NCBI GenBank assembly: GCA_002897715.1
Contig: BDUA01000049.1
Span: 5,821 to 69,820, forward strand
Source: a bacterium BMS3Abin01
Lineage (GTDB): Bacteria; Actinomycetota; Thermoleophilia; BMS3ABIN01
DNA: 64,000 nucleotides
Direction: 5' to 3'
In this document: positions 1 to 9,157 of the stretch, in pieces
Layout: every line of letters starts with the position of its first letter
Position numbering within the stretch: position 1 is the first letter of the stretch
Made by a program: the position numbers and the translations under genes
The notes under the pieces: model-generated
Seen by the model: the letters and a program-made list of their open reading frames with translations, nothing else
What the model was told of the DNA's origin: nothing
Database searches by the model: none

Positions 1-1983
1 AAAAAAGTAATACAGGCCGCCGGCAACCAGCGCCGCCACGGCTACAATGATCACGATCCAGACCCGGCCCGATATAGGATGGATCACGGCGCTGTCCTCG
101 GCGATGACGGTGTCACCGGAGCTGACGGACGCCGAAAGGCGGTTCCAGCCGTCCGTACGGAACGGTACCCGGATGGTTTCGGCGCCCGGCTCTACCCTGA
201 TCTCCGTCTGGTAGTCCTCCGTCAGTTCCACACCGTCCCCCTCCAGGGTCAGGTTCAGGTTGAAGGCGTGGGGGGCGCTGTTGCTGATGGTGATGGTAGC
301 CGTCCCGTCCATATCCCGTTGCAACCAGGGTGTGTCCACATCTATTTTCAGGCTATCGAATTCATCACCGGTGATCCGTTCGACAGCGTCCAGGTATTCC
401 AGCCCCCGGTTGACATCCCCGGGTCGCGCCTCCTCCCCCGCCAGGTAATCGCTCTCGGCGGTGAACAGCAGCTTGGAAAGATCCAGCAACACCGGTTCGT
501 GGGAATCCACGGCCGCCCGGTAGTCCTCGTATCTGCCGTGCACCTGGGACAGACGCTGGTAGTAGGTCTGTGCCAGGTAGCCGGCGGTGGGATCGATATA
601 CCTGAGCAAGGTGACCGGCTCCGTATCCGGGCGATACCTGTCCCTGGCCTCAGCCAGCGTGAGGGTGTTGACCCAGCCGGCCTCGGACAGTGCCCGGTAA
701 ACCCGGTCGCGTGAATCGACGCTGAGCGCCGGCGGCGAGGCGGCAGCGGCCACCAGCAGCGGCCCCCCTTCGCCGGTGGCATAGGCGTTGGCCAGCACAG
801 CCATGAAGGCCGCCGGGTCGGGATTCCTGCCCAGCAGCGCCGCCGAGGCGCCGTCATCGGCGAAGAAACCGGTGATCCGCTCGCCGCTGATATCGCGGAT
901 ACGATGAGAGACATCCCCCTGTTTCAGCTCACCGGCGATGTCGGCACGGCTGCTGCCGGCCAGCACGGTATAATCATTGCCGGTGGCGGCCATGTACCTG
1001 AGTGAATCGGTGGTGATTTCCAGCCCGGGCGCGTAGGCCCCCGCCGGAGCGGTGGTCAGCAGCAGGGCGCCGGCAAGCGTATCGTCACCGATGCGATACT
1101 GGCTGTTGCCGTCGCTCCATCCCTGTTTGGCCAGCAACGGCAGGCGGGTGAAGGCATAGGGTGAGGACAGCACCTCGGTGTTATCGGCCGCGGCCATATC
1201 CCCCAGGCTCTCCAGGCAGGCCTTGGCATCGGCCGCTTCCATGGAATCCGCGGGGTAGTCGGTGACCTCCTCTTCCCGCCGCAGCGTGAAACCGTCGCCC
1301 AGGTCCTGTAGCTGATCCAGCAACAGGGGCTCGATGGCGTAAACGGTTTTGATATCCGGATAATCCGTGGTAATCTGCAGATGTTGTAACAGGCTGTCAG
1401 CCGGCGGCGGCTGGTTGCGGCAGCGGTCCAGCAGGCCCGTGGACAGGAAGTCGCCTCCGGGGTTTCTTTCCGGTGGCCCGCTGATAGTGAAGAGCATGAC
1501 CAGATCCAGCGGCTGCCGCTGGTCCGGAGCGACCACGGCCAGCCAGGTGCTTGCCGCCAGCAGCTCGCCTCCGTCATCGACCAGGGTCACTTTCACCGGG
1601 TAGCCGCCGGGCTCCAGCCCCAGGGAGGCGGCGTCGGTGGTAAAGTCGATGGTCTGCTCGCCGGCAAGGTCCGGCCCCGCCTCGATCAGCTCGTCCCCCA
1701 GGGATTCTCCATCGAAGATGTCAGACGCCCGGGGTGAGGCCGGCGGGTACACCTCCAGCATCAGATCGCCGCTCAGCGCCTGCCCACCGGTATCGATGGT
1801 TATGCTGAAAGTGATATCGTCTCCGGGCTGGTAGACCAGCTCGTCGGTGGTGACGGTCATGGATGCATCCGCCGGCTGCGCCAGGCTGCCGTCGGTGAAC
1901 AACGGGCTGATGAGCGCCAGGAGAATGAAGAGTAAAAACAGCGGCAGCCAGGTCGTGGCCACGCGGACAAGACTGATATGCAT
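1..1983 (-). CDS. Large secreted protein with C-terminal TM anchor, 3' end truncated by the window edge (function unknown; possibly DUF6049-like)
   Basis: Not in the supplied ORF track, presumably because it runs off the edge. My reverse-complement reading from the ATG at 1983 is open to position 1 (661 codons). N-terminus MHISLVRVATTWLPLFLLFILLALISPLF...AQPADA looks like a signal peptide. Near the edge, WIVIIVAVAALVAGGLYYFF is a hydrophobic anchor. All listed ORFs in 79-1834 are short, R/P/S-rich shadow frames. Confidence 0.6.
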   Translation of the reverse strand, partial: MHISLVRVATTWLPLFLLFILLALISPLFTDGSLAQPADASMTVTTDELVYQPGDDITFSITIDTGGQALSGDLMLEVYPPASPRASDIFDGESLGDELIEAGPDLAGEQTIDFTTDAASLGLEPGGYPVKVTLVDDGGELLAASTWLAVVAPDQRQPLDLVMLFTISGPPERNPGGDFLSTGLLDRCRNQPPPADSLLQHLQITTDYPDIKTVYAIEPLLLDQLQDLGDGFTLRREEEVTDYPADSMEAADAKACLESLGDMAAADNTEVLSSPYAFTRLPLLAKQGWSDGNSQYRIGDDTLAGALLLTTAPAGAYAPGLEITTDSLRYMAATGNDYTVLAGSSRADIAGELKQGDVSHRIRDISGERITGFFADDGASAALLGRNPDPAAFMAVLANAYATGEGGPLLVAAAASPPALSVDSRDRVYRALSEAGWVNTLTLAEARDRYRPDTEPVTLLRYIDPTAGYLAQTYYQRLSQVHGRYEDYRAAVDSHEPVLLDLSKLLFTAESDYLAGEEARPGDVNRGLEYLDAVERITGDEFDSLKIDVDTPWLQRDMDGTATITISNSAPHAFNLNLTLEGDGVELTEDYQTEIRVEPGAETIRVPFRTDGWNRLSASVSSGDTVIAEDSAVIHPISGRVWIVIIVAVAALVAGGLYYFF

Positions 1984-2099
1984 GGTAGTTACTGTCAAAG
2001 GTGCCGTCTCTGCCGCCAACCGTGCGCGTATGATACCATAGGCGCCAATATCAGCGGCGTACCAGGAAGCGTGATGCTCCCCATTCTAGTTTCTATCAG

Positions 2100-2945
2100 A
2101 TGAGCCATAAATCCTTGCAAAAGAAGCTGCCGGACCCCAGCCCGCTGGATGAAATCCAGCAGGAGCTGGAACCACTGGTCACCGAGCCCGGCAAGGCCGC
2201 GGTCCTGCTCGACCTGGACGGGACCCTGGCGCCCATCGTGCCGCGGCCGGAAGATGTGACCGTACCGCCTCAAGTACTGAGGCTGATACGCGCGCTGACT
2301 CACAGCTACCTGGTGGTTGCCATCGTCAGCGGCCGCTCCGCCAACGCCGCCAGGCGCATCGTCGGCAACGCCGAGCTGGCCTATATAGGCAACCACGGGT
2401 TCGAGACCATGATACCGGGCCACGCTACCGTGGTCAGCGAAGAGGTCCAGCCCTATCTTGCCGCCATGGGAGAACTGACGAACCGCGTCTCCCTGGAGGC
2501 CAGGACCGAGGCGGGGATATGGCTGGAGGATAAAACCACCACCCTCTCCTACCACTACCGCCGCGCACCCGACCGGGACGCGGCTCTGGATTTTATCCGG
2601 GAAAAGATTATTCCCGAAGCGAAGAGGCTCGGCCTCAAGACCAGCGATGGACGCATGGTGGTGGAGATCCGTCCGCCGGTGGAGATAAACAAGGGTGTAA
2701 GCGTTGGCAATCTGCTGGACCGCCTTTCCGCCAGCAGGGCGGTCTACACCGGCGATGACACCACCGATATCGATGCCTTCAAGGAGCTGCGGCAACGGCG
2801 GCGGCGAAAGGACAACGTGATGATCAACGTGGGTGTGATATCCCCGGAGATGCCCAAAACGCTGCCACGTTACTGTGACCTGATGGTGGCCCGGACCAGC
2901 GGTGTGGAATCATTGTTACAGATTCTTGCCGGCGAGGAACCATAA
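2100..2945 (+). CDS. otsB: Trehalose-6-phosphate phosphatase (HAD superfamily)
   Basis: HAD motif I LLDLDGTLAPIV; YIGNHGFE; EINKGVSVGNLL; YTGDDTTDIDAF. This is the typical trehalose-phosphatase motif set at the expected length. Confidence 0.8.
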   Translation: MSHKSLQKKLPDPSPLDEIQQELEPLVTEPGKAAVLLDLDGTLAPIVPRPEDVTVPPQVLRLIRALTHSYLVVAIVSGRSANAARRIVGNAELAYIGNHGFETMIPGHATVVSEEVQPYLAAMGELTNRVSLEARTEAGIWLEDKTTTLSYHYRRAPDRDAALDFIREKIIPEAKRLGLKTSDGRMVVEIRPPVEINKGVSVGNLLDRLSASRAVYTGDDTTDIDAFKELRQRRRRKDNVMINVGVISPEMPKTLPRYCDLMVARTSGVESLLQILAGEEP

Positions 2946-2989
2946 AGTATGGAAACTGCTTTTTGCCAACAGGAGACCATGGAGGCCAT

Positions 2990-3199
2990 ATGTGCAACCC
3001 CGAGTTCGAAGATGGAGTGAGAGAGAAGGTCCGCAAGCTGATCGTGCACACCGGCGAACTGCGGCTGAAGTTCAGTGACGTCGAGGAGGGCCACCGGGAA
3101 GGCAACCTGGACAGGGAAAGGCTGGGCGAACTCAACCAGGTCGTCCACCTGCTGGAAAGTGACGCCGCCGAGTTCGAGAGGCTGCTGGAGCTCTCCTGA
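2990..3199 (+). CDS. Small acidic hypothetical protein (about 69 aa), likely helical
   Basis: ORF track frame 2963..3199 starts at TTG. An internal ATG at 2990 is preceded by GGAGG. The stop abuts the selA start. No recognisable family. Confidence 0.35.
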   Translation: MCNPEFEDGVREKVRKLIVHTGELRLKFSDVEEGHREGNLDRERLGELNQVVHLLESDAAEFERLLELS

Positions 3200-3201
3200 T
3201 T

Positions 3202-4638
3202 TTGGCCGCCGGCAAGAAGATATCCGCCAGCCAGACGGGAATGCTCAGAGCCCTGCCCTCGGTGGAGGAGGTCCTGGAGTCGCCGGAGCTGACAACTGCG
3301 TTGGCTGAGTACGGCCGCCGGCTGGTAACTGACGCCTCCCGCGCGGTTATCGAGCGCCGGCGCGAATCCATTCTGGCGGGTGACCCGGTGGATGAGGACT
3401 CCCTCGCCGCCGGCCTCCTCGCCGCCGCCGCCGCCGAGGAGGCCGGCCGCATTCAGAGCCCCTCTCTCCGGCCGCTCATCAACGCCACCGGGGTGGTGGT
3501 CCATACCAACCTGGGCCGTTCGGTGCTGGCCGCCGAAGCCATGCGGGCGGTGGAAGCGGTCTCCGTCTCCTACTCCAACCTGGAATACGACCTCGATGCG
3601 GGCCGCCGCGGTTCACGCCATGACCATATCACCGAGATCATCGTCGAACTTACCGGCGCCGAGGAGGCCCTGGTGGTCAATAATAACGCTGCCGCCGTGC
3701 TGCTGGCACTGGCCACCTTCGCCGCCGGCAGAGAGGTCATCGTCTCCCGGGGCGAGCTGATCGAGATCGGCGGCTCCTTCCGTATCCCCGATATCATGAC
3801 CTCCAGCACGGCAAAGCTGGTGGAAGTGGGCACCACCAACAAGACCAAGCTGGCGGATTACCAGGGGGCCATCGGCCCCGGGACCGCCATGCTGTTGCAT
3901 GTGCATGCCAGCAACTACCAGGTGGTCGGGTTCACCGCCGAAGTGGCGGTGGATGAACTGGCCGCCCTGGGCCACGAACACGGCCTGGTGGTAACCCATG
4001 ACCTGGGCAGCGGCGTACTGACGGACATCCCGGCCTTTGCCGGCGAACCCTCGGTGTCCGACAGCCTGGATGCGGGCGTGGACGTGGTCACCTTCAGCGG
4101 CGACAAGCTGCTGGGCGGACCCCAGGCCGGCGTGGTGGTGGGCAAGGCTGAATTCATCAGCAGGATGAAGGCCCATCCCATGGCCCGCGCCATGCGGGTG
4201 GACAAGATGACCCTGGCGGCGCTGCAGGCGACGTTGGCCCTGTACCTCAGGCCCGAGGAAGCCCTTAACAAGATCCCCACCCTGCGCATGCTCAGTGAAA
4301 ACGAAAAGACGCTCAAGGCCCGCGCCGGCGAACTGGTCGCCGGCGTCGGCGTGGCCGTCGGGGAGGCGGGGACCGTTCAGCTGGAGCAGGCCGCATCCAA
4401 GGTCGGCGGCGGCGCCCTGCCGCTGCTGGAGCTGGACTCCTGGGTCTGCGCCGTGAACCCGGCCACCATATCGGTGGACGAGCTGGCGGCGCGCCTGAGG
4501 CAGACGGACCCGCCGGTCATCGGCCGCATCCAGAAGGATACGCTGCTGCTGGACGCCCGCACGGTGCTGCCGGAGCAGGTGGGAGCCGTGGCCGCTGCGT
4601 TTGAACAGGTATTCAATAACCGCGAGGAGAGCGCATAA
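3202..4638 (+). CDS. selA: L-seryl-tRNA(Sec) selenium transferase
   Basis: N-terminal LRALPSVEEVL; NATGVVVHTNLGRS; PLP-lysine region FSGDKLLGGPQAG. Start is TTG at 3202; an alternative ATG lies at 3241. Confidence 0.9.
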   Translation: MAAGKKISASQTGMLRALPSVEEVLESPELTTALAEYGRRLVTDASRAVIERRRESILAGDPVDEDSLAAGLLAAAAAEEAGRIQSPSLRPLINATGVVVHTNLGRSVLAAEAMRAVEAVSVSYSNLEYDLDAGRRGSRHDHITEIIVELTGAEEALVVNNNAAAVLLALATFAAGREVIVSRGELIEIGGSFRIPDIMTSSTAKLVEVGTTNKTKLADYQGAIGPGTAMLLHVHASNYQVVGFTAEVAVDELAALGHEHGLVVTHDLGSGVLTDIPAFAGEPSVSDSLDAGVDVVTFSGDKLLGGPQAGVVVGKAEFISRMKAHPMARAMRVDKMTLAALQATLALYLRPEEALNKIPTLRMLSENEKTLKARAGELVAGVGVAVGEAGTVQLEQAASKVGGGALPLLELDSWVCAVNPATISVDELAARLRQTDPPVIGRIQKDTLLLDARTVLPEQVGAVAAAFEQVFNNREESA

Positions 4639-4647
4639 GGTTCCCTC

Positions 4648-6567
4648 TTGGCGAAAGCTGACCGACAACACCTGGTCCTGGGCACCGCCGGTCACATCGA
4701 CCATGGCAAGACGGCGCTGATCAAGGCGCTCACCGGCGCCGACACCGACCGGCTCAAGGAGGAGAAGGAGCGCGGCATCTCCATCGAGCTGGGCTACGCC
4801 GAGCTGGAGCTACCCTCCGGCACCAGGTTAAGCGTGGTGGATGTGCCCGGCCATGAACGCTTCGTGCGCAACATGGTAGCCGGCGCCACCGGTATCGATA
4901 TCTTCCTGCTGGTGGTGGCGGCGGACGACGGCGTCATGCCCCAGACCCGCGAGCATATGGCCATCATCGAGATGCTGGGCATCCCCCGGGGGGTAGTCGC
5001 CATCACCAAGGCCGACCTGGTGGATGAGGAGATGGTGGAACTGGTCGAGGCCGATGTGGAAGAATTCCTGTCCGCAACCCCGTACGCCGACACGCCCCTG
5101 GTGGCCATCAGCTCCAAGACCGGCGCCGGCCTGCCGGAACTGCTGGGGGCGCTGGAGACGGCGGCAGGCGAGAGTACGGCCCATGAGGCCGGCGGACCGG
5201 CGCGCCTGCCGGTGGACCGTGTCTTCAGCCTCAAGGGTATCGGCACCGTAGTTACCGGCACCCTCTGGTCCGGCACCATCTGCGCCGAAGACAGCATCCG
5301 CGTTCTGCCGGAAGACCTGGAGGCCCGGGCCCGGGCCGTACAGGTGCATGACCAGGAGGTGGAGTGCGCCGGCGCCGGCTCACGCGTGGCTGTCAATATC
5401 ACCGGCATCGACAAGGACCGGCTGGCTCGCGGCCAGATGATCGCCAAAGGCGATTTCACGCCCACCTACATGGTTGACGCCAGACTGAACCTGCTACCCA
5501 CGGCACCGGCGCTGAAGTACGGAGCCCAGGTGCGTTTTCATCACGGAACGTCGGATGCCACCGCCAAGCTGATGTTCGCCGACCGGGAACAGCTGGCTCC
5601 GGGAGACAGCTGTTACACCCAGGTACGGCTGAAGACCAAGATCGTCCCCGCCAGGGGCGACCGCTTCATCATCCGCTCCCTTTCCCCGGTGACCACCATC
5701 GGTGGCGGCGTGGTCCTCGACCCCCATCCGCACAAGCACGGCATGGGCGGGGAGCATATAACGCGGCTGGAGACGCTGGAGCGGGGAAAACCCGACGAGG
5801 TGGTCTCGCTGCTACTGGCCGAAGCCCGTCCCGGAGGGCTGTCCTTCGGGGAGCTTATGGCCGTCAGCGAGCTGCCGGCGGGCAAACTACGGGAGATCCT
5901 GGCAGAACCGGAGACGGCTACTGTGTTTTCGAATCAGGCGGGAGAACTCTACTTCCACCCGCAAACGGTCACCGATTTCAACGATGGCGTGCTGGAGGCT
6001 CTGGCCCGGCGGCAGGAGGATTCTCCCGCCGAGCCCAGCCTCAGCCTCGACCGGCTGGGCAAAGCGGTCTCGCTGGCTGAAGACGGCCGTGACTTTCAGG
6101 TGATGCTGACGGCGCTGGCCGGCGCCGGCGAGATAACCGCCAAAGGCCGGCGCTACGCGCTGGCCAGCGCCGAGGCCAGGCTCTCCGGCTCCCAGAAACG
6201 GCTGCTGGACAGGATCAAGGCCCTGCTGGATGAGGGCGGATCATCTCCGCCCACGCTCAAGGAGCTGGAATCGGCGGCAGGCGCCGATAAAGGAGACCTT
6301 AAACTGGTGCTGGGACTGCTGGTGGAGAACGGCAGCGCCGTCAGGATCAAGCCCGACCTGTTCTACGCCGCCGCCCCGCTGGAAGCAGCCCGCGAGCAGC
6401 TCATCGCCCGCTGCCGCCAGGCCGGGCGGATCACCCTGGCGGAGTTCCGCGACATGCTGGGTATCAGCCGCAAGTACGCCCAGGCCCTGCTGGAGTACTT
6501 CGACCGCACCGGGGTGACCCGCCGTATCGAGGACTACCGGATCCTGAGAAAAAAAGCGGGTATATAA
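4648..6567 (+). CDS. selB: Selenocysteine-specific translation elongation factor
   Basis: GTPase motifs [11 protein letters not shown] and DVPGHERF. The long C-terminal extension is consistent with the winged-helix SECIS-binding domains. Located between selA and tRNA-Sec. Confidence 0.9.
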   Translation: MAKADRQHLVLGTAGHIDHGKTALIKALTGADTDRLKEEKERGISIELGYAELELPSGTRLSVVDVPGHERFVRNMVAGATGIDIFLLVVAADDGVMPQTREHMAIIEMLGIPRGVVAITKADLVDEEMVELVEADVEEFLSATPYADTPLVAISSKTGAGLPELLGALETAAGESTAHEAGGPARLPVDRVFSLKGIGTVVTGTLWSGTICAEDSIRVLPEDLEARARAVQVHDQEVECAGAGSRVAVNITGIDKDRLARGQMIAKGDFTPTYMVDARLNLLPTAPALKYGAQVRFHHGTSDATAKLMFADREQLAPGDSCYTQVRLKTKIVPARGDRFIIRSLSPVTTIGGGVVLDPHPHKHGMGGEHITRLETLERGKPDEVVSLLLAEARPGGLSFGELMAVSELPAGKLREILAEPETATVFSNQAGELYFHPQTVTDFNDGVLEALARRQEDSPAEPSLSLDRLGKAVSLAEDGRDFQVMLTALAGAGEITAKGRRYALASAEARLSGSQKRLLDRIKALLDEGGSSPPTLKELESAAGADKGDLKLVLGLLVENGSAVRIKPDLFYAAAPLEAAREQLIARCRQAGRITLAEFRDMLGISRKYAQALLEYFDRTGVTRRIEDYRILRKKAGI

Positions 6568-6618
6568 AAGTTGCTCAAACGGGCCGACTCATTGTAAGTT
6601 GTAGGTGACCACCTCCGC

Positions 6619-6714
6619 GGGAGGGCAGGGGTCTGGTGGCCCAGCTGGTCTTCAAAACCGGTAAGTGGCGGTAACCCCGTCATTGGTAGGTTCGATTCCT
6701 ACGCCTTCCCGCCA
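6619..6714 (+). tRNA. selC: tRNA-Sec (anticodon UCA), 96 nt with encoded CCA
   Basis: Hand fold gives: an 8-bp acceptor stem (GGGAGGGC / GCCTTCCC); anticodon loop CTTCAAA with UCA; a 6-bp variable arm (TGGCGG-TAACC-CCGTCA); a 5-bp T stem (GTAGG-TTCGATT-CCTAC); terminal GCCA. This is the 8/5 architecture typical of bacterial tRNA-Sec. Confidence 0.85.
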
Positions 6715-7013
6715 AAATCATTCAAGGGGATCATCCGGCGCAGGTCCTGGCCCCAGAGTCAACCGTAGCCATTGATTCTCTCTTCTGGCCCGACCGTCTC
6801 CGGTGCTCCAGGTGCAAGCAGCCGCACGGCTGGAAGATCCCTGATCACGGCTGCAGCCGCTACCCCGGCAGCACCTGTCACCACCCCCAGATTCAACCAC
6901 CGCCCGGGCTCGGGGTGTAGAGGTAGATCTCGGAGTCGTGACCGTCCCAGCCCACCCAGACTACCTTGCCCGAGTTGTTTATTCTGTAAAAGTTGTGATG
7001 AACCGTACCGCAT

Positions 7014-7089
7014 TTCAAAACTGGTAAGTGGCGGTAGTATTGATAAATCCCCAACGTTATTGGTAGGTTTGAGCTACGCCTTCCCGCCA
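7014..7089 (+). repeat. Partial tRNA-Sec copy (anticodon loop to 3' CCA), att-like scar, non-functional
   Basis: TTCAAAACTGGTAAGTGGCGGTA...ATTGGTAGGTTTGAGCTACGCCTTCCCGCCA aligns to tRNA-Sec 6656-6714. The variable arm region is replaced or extended, the T stem is broken, and no 5' acceptor strand lies upstream. Confidence 0.7.
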
Positions 7090-7127
7090 ATTCATCGCTA
7101 GCAATAAAAAAACCGGGATTGACGTAA

Positions 7128-7469
7128 TCAAGAAGCCAACTTATGACGCAAGTCATCTGATGATTCAATGCTTTTTGCTACATCTTTGCTGGTTGCCCCC
7201 AGAACAAGTAACGACCTGACCAATAAATCTATTGACACAGAGGGGTCGCCGGCCTCCATTTTGGCGACGCGGGATTGACTGGATTTCAATTTCTTGGCTA
7301 AAGCTGACTGAGTGAGCCGCTTCTTCTTCCTGTACTCTTTAAGGCTTTGACTCAAGGAAAGCTTTAACTCGATATATGCCACCTCTTCATCAGACAAACC
7401 CAGGAAGTCCTTAGTGCTGCCAACCTTCCAGCCTCTGGATTCCAATTCTTTTCTTTTTGATTTCTTCAT
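7128..7469 (-). CDS. XRE-family HTH antitoxin (HigA-like)
   Basis: 113 aa. The HTH region KRLTQSALAKKLKSSQSRVAKMEAG is typical of Xre/Cro-type domains. Sits immediately downstream of the toxin gene in the HigBA-type reversed order. Confidence 0.7.
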   Translation of the reverse strand: MKKSKRKELESRGWKVGSTKDFLGLSDEEVAYIELKLSLSQSLKEYRKKKRLTQSALAKKLKSSQSRVAKMEAGDPSVSIDLLVRSLLVLGATSKDVAKSIESSDDLRHKLAS

Positions 7470-7482
7470 TTAAACCCCGGTT

Positions 7483-7812
7483 TTATGAATCGTATTGAGA
7501 TATTCTTCGCTTACAGATATCGATTACCCGTTTTGCTGTCTTTCCAGTTTTCTTGGCGAAAATCTCAAGGATAATGATGGCGTCCTCATCAATTCGGTAA
7601 ATGATCCGCCAGGTAACATCTTCATCGTTGATCCTCAATTCGTGACACCTTGGGCCTATCGAGGACATGGGCCTGGAGTGTGGCAAGGACAGTTTCATTC
7701 CCTTCTGTAATGCCCTCAGATAAAAACCCGCCTCCAGCCTTGTCTGTTTTGAGAAGGGGGGCGATTTCACCTCCCCACCCAACCAGACCAACGGTTTGTC
7801 AGTTACAGTCAC
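7483..7812 (-). CDS. Type II toxin, RelE/HigB superfamily (phage Gp49-like, DUF891-type)
   Basis: 109 aa. CHELRINDEDVTWRIIYRIDEDAIIILEIFAKKTGKT matches the characteristic Gp49/HigB-like C-terminal pattern. Low GC; paired with an HTH antitoxin. Confidence 0.65.
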   Translation of the reverse strand: MTVTDKPLVWLGGEVKSPPFSKQTRLEAGFYLRALQKGMKLSLPHSRPMSSIGPRCHELRINDEDVTWRIIYRIDEDAIIILEIFAKKTGKTAKRVIDICKRRISQYDS

Positions 7813-7870
7813 GAATTAATGATATGTCATAATTGACATATTTGCAAGGAGCCGGCTGCAGGCAGGAATC

Positions 7871-7935
7871 CTGGTAGCGGTAGTATTGACAAAACCCTTG
7901 CGTCATTGGCAGGTTCGAACTACGCCTTCCCGCCA
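7871..7935 (+). repeat. Second partial tRNA-Sec 3' copy, att-like scar
   Basis: CTGGTAGCGGTAGTATTGACAAAACCC...CATTGGCAGGTTCGAACTACGCCTTCCCGCCA. Shares the GCGGTAGTATTGAYAAA insert with copy 7014-7089 and the terminal TACGCCTTCCCGCCA with the intact tRNA. Confidence 0.65.
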
Positions 7936-8276
7936 ATTTAGTCTGATTTCCCTGTCTTTCCCTCACACTCACGATTTTCGGATGCCTGCCTTGTCGAAAC
8001 AGCACCATGATTTTTCAGGATTTTCAGCCGGATTGCCACATACCGGCCTGCGGCTCTTCCTTGTCTTTGCTGTTTGAACACTGACCCTGAATAAGTCTGT
8101 CAATGAAAGCCGGGCATCTCCAACTGGTCGGCCCGGATTATTTCCCGAACGCGCGCTACCTTGTCGGGTTTAAGGGTTCCGAAGAGATATATATCGACCT
8201 GAGAACCGGCGAAAAGCCTCGTTCCTGACCCCCCCTCTCAAGGTATTCCGCTGCTGCCAGCGAATAAAGAGGGGTC

Positions 8277-8666
8277 ATGATCCGCATGCTTGCCAGCGCC
8301 GTACTGACCCTGTTGGCCAACGCGGTCGGGCTGTTGATAGCAGCCGCGTTGCTCGACGGCTTTTCCATCGACGCCCTGTCGCTGGTCCAGGTGACGCTGG
8401 TATTCACGGTCGTGGAAGTGGTAGCCGGTCCCCTGCTGATCTCCATCTCCATAAAGAATCTGCCGGCGCTGAGAGGCGGCATAGCACTGGTTACTACTTT
8501 TGCAGGACTGCTGGTTACCGATCTGTTTCTGGCAGGATTGAGCATCAACGGTATCGGTACCTGGATACTGGCGAGCCTGGTCGTCTGGTTGAGCGCCTTG
8601 CTGGCAGGGATCTTTCTTCCGCTGATTCTTTTCAAGAAAGCACTCGACCAACGGGATAACAGCTAG
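8277..8666 (+). CDS. Small 4-TM membrane protein (phage holin family IV / YvlD-like)
   Basis: 129 aa, almost entirely hydrophobic helices (LLANAVGLLIAAALL..., GIALVTTFAGLLVTDLFL..., WILASLVVWLSALLAGIFLPLILF). The family assignment is from memory of PF04020-like proteins. Confidence 0.5.
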   Translation: MIRMLASAVLTLLANAVGLLIAAALLDGFSIDALSLVQVTLVFTVVEVVAGPLLISISIKNLPALRGGIALVTTFAGLLVTDLFLAGLSINGIGTWILASLVVWLSALLAGIFLPLILFKKALDQRDNS

Positions 8667-8722
8667 GTTTCACCGCTTGTACCGTTGCAACAGGCGCAAC
8701 CACGTCCCCCGGGAGGCGTCCC

Positions 8723-9157
8723 CTAGGAGCTTTGCTGGTCGACCTTCCACTCACCGTTCTCCTTGATCAGCCGGACTTCCGTGTCCACCTTCTGTTCCGG
8801 CAGGTCGATGCTCTTGACGGTGCCGGTCCAGGTGACGGTGGCACGGTCGCCGTCGATAGTCTCTCCGGTGATCTCGAGATCGATGATCTCGGCGCCCGGC
8901 GGGAAGCTGACCTGCAACATCTCGATAGCCGCCTCGCGGGTCCCGGCCGCCTGCTGCAGCGTTTGGGAGGAAGCGTCATAGACGGTATCGAAATCCTGCT
9001 GGTTGTAGGCTTCGATTACCCTCTCAACCACGTCTGAAGGGCTTTCCCCACCGCAGGCGCTGAGGGACATGGCCGCCGCCAGCACCAGCAACAGCGCCAG
9101 CACCGCTACCATCCCTCTTCTTTTCCCTGTAAGGCTTTTATTGAACATGAGGATCAT
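8723..9157 (-). CDS. Lipoprotein, NTF2/DUF4878-like fold
   Basis: Signal plus lipobox AAMSLSACGG. The VIEAYNQQDFDTVY...ENGEWKVD pattern is typical of small NTF2-like lipoproteins. ATGA overlap with the upstream gene. Confidence 0.5.
   Translation of the reverse strand: MILMFNKSLTGKRRGMVAVLALLLVLAAAMSLSACGGESPSDVVERVIEAYNQQDFDTVYDASSQTLQQAAGTREAAIEMLQVSFPPGAEIIDLEITGETIDGDRATVTWTGTVKSIDLPEQKVDTEVRLIKENGEWKVDQQSS

Larger units (their letters stand above)
6715..7935. mobile_element. Decayed integrative-element remnants downstream of tRNA-Sec, bounded by two partial tRNA-Sec 3'-half repeats; no integrase retained
   Basis: Direct repeats of the tRNA-Sec segment from the anticodon loop to CCA lie at 7014-7089 and 7871-7935. 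The enclosed 7100-7830 stretch is visibly AT-richer than its surroundings and carries a toxin-antitoxin pair. Confidence 0.45.

Noticed and set aside
6718-7168. Minus-strand fragments translating to ...NNSGKVVWVGWDGHDSEIYLYTPSPGGG and ...GVVTGAAGVAAAAVIRD. These could be the frameshifted C-terminus of a propeller-type surface protein.
   Set aside because: The fragments are short, interrupted by stops and frame changes, and lack a start or N-terminal part. At most this is a gene remnant inside the decayed island, too weak to call as a pseudogene.
7014-7935. Possibility that the two tRNA-Sec-like segments are additional functional, allo-tRNA-like genes.
   Set aside because: Neither has a 5' acceptor strand, D arm or 5' anticodon stem upstream. 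The T stem of copy 7014-7089 is disrupted. They align only from the anticodon loop onward.
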